Source: Armatimonadota bacterium
Lineage (GTDB): Bacteria; Vulcanimicrobiota; JACPDS01; JBDRKI01
Length of the DNA: 48,680 bases
Direction of reading: 5' to 3'
Assembly: GCA_043814095.1 (NCBI GenBank)
Contig: JBDRKI010000069.1
Location: 1-48,680, forward strand
Shown: positions 46,218 through 48,680 of the stretch, piece by piece
Layout of the letters: every line of letters starts with the position of its first letter
How positions within the stretch are numbered: position 1 is the stretch's first letter
Notes under the pieces: model-generated
Told to the model about the DNA's origin: nothing
Seen by the model: the letters and a program-made list of their open reading frames with translations, nothing else
Database searches by the model: none
Translations under genes and position numbers: made by a program

Positions 46218-46622
46218 ATGCGTAAGAAAAGAAAAGGTTTCACATTAATCGAACTTATGATTGTTATAGCCATTATAGCCATCTTAGCAGCAATCCTGGT
46301 CCCGAACTTCTTAAGAGCAAGAGCTCAGGGCAATGTGACAGCTTGTAAGAGCAATGTCAAAAACATGGGTACAGCTCAGGAAATGTATGCTACAGACAAC
46401 AGCGGCCTTTATGCCGCAACCTTAGCTTCGCTGACAACTCCTATAAGCTATCTGCAGACACTGCCGACATGTCCCTCATCCGGTGCATATGATTTATCAA
46501 CCGTTGCAGGTAATACCGCATATACAGTATACTGCTCAGGTACAGTACACAGCGGTGTGGGCGGCGTTACTTCAGCCAATCAGCCGAGCTTTGACTCAAG
46601 CCAGGGTTTATTACCTAAGTAA
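46218..46622 (+). CDS. Type IV pilin (probable major pilin)
   Basis: Class III signal MRKKRKG|FTLIELMIVIAIIAILAAILVP; strong SD; own terminator. Confidence 0.92.
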   Translation: MRKKRKGFTLIELMIVIAIIAILAAILVPNFLRARAQGNVTACKSNVKNMGTAQEMYATDNSGLYAATLASLTTPISYLQTLPTCPSSGAYDLSTVAGNTAYTVYCSGTVHSGVGGVTSANQPSFDSSQGLLPK

Positions 46623-46645
46623 TAAGGGTTTTAGTTAATAAGTTC

Positions 46646-46683
46646 AAAAACAATCCGCCTCTTTGAGGCGGGTTGTTTTTTTT
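46646..46683 (+). terminator. Intrinsic terminator after pilin
   Basis: AAAAACAATCCGCCTC-TTT-GAGGCGGGTTGTTTTTTTT. Confidence 0.9.
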
Positions 46684-46722
46684 AATAGGATTTTGATAAG
46701 ATGCGGGGAATAGTAAAATTAT

Positions 46723-48672
46723 ATGTCAAAGAATTTTTATAAAATTATATTTGCATGTATCTGTTTTTTCGCGCCCTTGTTTTTTTTAATGGCAACAGAC
46801 GATGTTTTTCTGCTTAATAAAACACTTCTTTTTAATTCCCTTCTATTAATAATATGCCTGTACTGGTTTTTTGATGTTCTAAAATCAGGAAAAATCGATT
46901 TCAGCTTCAATATTTTAACGATTCTAATTGTCTTATTTGTTTTGGACATGGTCATTGCAACGGTATTTTCTGTGAATCCCGTTTTAAGCTACGGGTATTT
47001 TTTAAACTGTCTGAGTTTGTTTATATTTTTCCTGTTTGTGAGCAGCAAGCTTTCCCTTAATGATTTTGAACTTATGGCCAAAACTTCAATTGCGGCGTGT
47101 GTTATTATTTCCGTGTATGCTGTTTTTCAGTTTATAGGTCTGGATTTTATTGACTGGTATCCGAAAGAGATAGCCGGTTCAAGGCCGATAGGGACTCTGG
47201 GAAACCCCATATTTTTAGCTAATTTTATCGCGGTAATCGCTCCGTGGAGTATTTATTATTATTTCAAAGAGAAACGTTTTGTATATACTCTCGCTTATAT
47301 TGTTTCAATTGTTGTGCTGTGTGCCGCATTATATTTAACTTTCTGCAGGAGCGGTTTTCTGGCATTTGTTGTTTCTCTGGGTTTGATGTTTTTTTTGAAA
47401 AGAGACTGGTTTAAAAACTTAAAAACGGACGGACGCTCAAATATTTTAAAACTATTAATTTTATTTTTTTTACTTATAAGTATTCCTGTATTTATCCAGA
47501 ATACGGCTATTAACAAAAAAACAAATAAATTAATTGAAGAAAAAATATATACTCCCGTAAAAGCGAAAGACGTGAATATATCAACGAGAGTTTACCTGTG
47601 GAAGAGCGCTGTAAATTTAGCGATGGACGCTCCTTTTACGGGACACGGTCCGGACGTTCTTCCTTTTGTGTATACAAAATACCGTTATATGGAGCCGGTT
47701 GAGATACGCGGCAGGATTAAGGCCCCGGCGCATGTTCACAACCAGATTCTGGAATATGCCGTTATAGGGGGGATACCTCTTTTTGTCATTGTTCTTCTTA
47801 TTATATTTATATTTTTTAAAGACTGTTTTAAGACAATCTTTAAAAACAATGAAGGAAAAGATATTCTTATCCTTATAACATCAGGCGCGGTTTCTTACTG
47901 GGTAGGAAATCTTTTTGTTTTCAGCGGTATTTCCATTGATATATTATGGTATGCTTTTATGGGCTTTTTAGTTATTGCCGCCGGGCGAAGAGTTGTAATT
48001 AAAACAGGGTCAAAACATGTTCTAATTGCGTTGTTTTTGCTGGCGGTAGTAGTATTTAATTTTTATTACAGTTTAAAGTTATGGACTGCGGATTATCATT
48101 ATAAAAGCGGGTTAAGGTTTTCCGCCCGGAAAAATTACGTGAAAGCCATAGACGAATTTAACAAAAGCATGAAGATCAACCCTTATAAATCCGTTTACAT
48201 GGAAAAAAAGGCAAAAGAGCTGGAAGGATTATATACATTAACAAAAGACCCTGTTTTTTACTACGGCAGTAAGAATTCTTACCTGCAGGCTCTGGAGGTA
48301 AATGCGCTTAATTCATACGCATGGGCTGATCTCGGGAGGCTTTCCGCTTGCGCCGGAAACCTGAAAGAATCGCTTGATTATTATCTTCAAGCATTAAAGC
48401 TTGATCCCTATAACCCGGTTATACTGTCGGATCTTGCCACAACGCTTTATAACGCGGGAAAAAGAAAGCCGGCAGAGTCTTATTATCTGGAGAGTTTGTC
48501 AATTTACCCGTATTCTTCATTAACCAGTAAAAATTTAGGCATGCTCTATAGTGATGAAGGCAATTATGAAAAAGCCCGTATTTATTTATTAAAAGCCCTG
48601 GAATATGAGCCGGATCCGGAAAAGAAGCAGAAACTGGGAAAAATAATAATTGAGCTGGATGCCAAAAAATAA
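46723..48672 (+). CDS. O-antigen ligase/oligosaccharyltransferase (Wzy_C) family protein with C-terminal TPRs
   Basis: GTLGNPIFLA, TFCRSG, RVYLW...PFTGHG, HVHNQ; TPR repeats in the last ~200 aa. Confidence 0.88.
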   Translation: MSKNFYKIIFACICFFAPLFFLMATDDVFLLNKTLLFNSLLLIICLYWFFDVLKSGKIDFSFNILTILIVLFVLDMVIATVFSVNPVLSYGYFLNCLSLFIFFLFVSSKLSLNDFELMAKTSIAACVIISVYAVFQFIGLDFIDWYPKEIAGSRPIGTLGNPIFLANFIAVIAPWSIYYYFKEKRFVYTLAYIVSIVVLCAALYLTFCRSGFLAFVVSLGLMFFLKRDWFKNLKTDGRSNILKLLILFFLLISIPVFIQNTAINKKTNKLIEEKIYTPVKAKDVNISTRVYLWKSAVNLAMDAPFTGHGPDVLPFVYTKYRYMEPVEIRGRIKAPAHVHNQILEYAVIGGIPLFVIVLLIIFIFFKDCFKTIFKNNEGKDILILITSGAVSYWVGNLFVFSGISIDILWYAFMGFLVIAAGRRVVIKTGSKHVLIALFLLAVVVFNFYYSLKLWTADYHYKSGLRFSARKNYVKAIDEFNKSMKINPYKSVYMEKKAKELEGLYTLTKDPVFYYGSKNSYLQALEVNALNSYAWADLGRLSACAGNLKESLDYYLQALKLDPYNPVILSDLATTLYNAGKRKPAESYYLESLSIYPYSSLTSKNLGMLYSDEGNYEKARIYLLKALEYEPDPEKKQKLGKIIIELDAKK

Positions 48673-48680
48673 TTAATATA

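Overview
Gene-dense, AT-rich bacterial chromosomal window; I see no rRNA, CRISPR array, integrase or transposase. In order: (1) a minus-strand, translationally coupled run of NCS2 purine permease, ATC-hydrolase-like gene, GT2, bshB1 and a BshC-like ORF cut by the window edge; (2) L20 leader and infC(ATC start)-rpmI-rplT; (3) orphans, a LolA-like protein, Hsp20 and thrC; (4) a GNAT-luxE-luxC::PaaK-like operon without luciferase, flanked by minus-strand orphans that share a GTTAAC-N5-GTTAAC upstream element; (5) an 8-oxoguanine-deaminase-like enzyme, a PAS histidine-kinase-like protein with H-box His replaced by Glu, and an NDP-sugar epimerase; (6) tRNA-Ser(CGA) followed by a Fic-wHTH gene with an operator-like repeat array; (7) a B12 radical SAM gene; (8) a sugar-phosphate-utilisation (SPU)-type bacterial microcompartment locus with an atypical RpiB and a DeoC carrying a ~240-aa N-terminal extension; (9) recO-ruvX-mltG-yqeG; (10) type IV pilus genes pilB-pilT-pilC, an unlisted 19-aa MWWW peptide ORF, GT-C glycosyltransferases, a pilin with a long structured leader, and an O-antigen-ligase/TPR gene. 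Best candidates for undescribed biology: the Lux-like acyl-reduction operon, the BMC DeoC fusion with Cys-less RpiB, the GTTAAC orphan regulon, and the bshB1/GT2/BshC-like cluster. All family calls come from motif recognition by eye; no searches were run.
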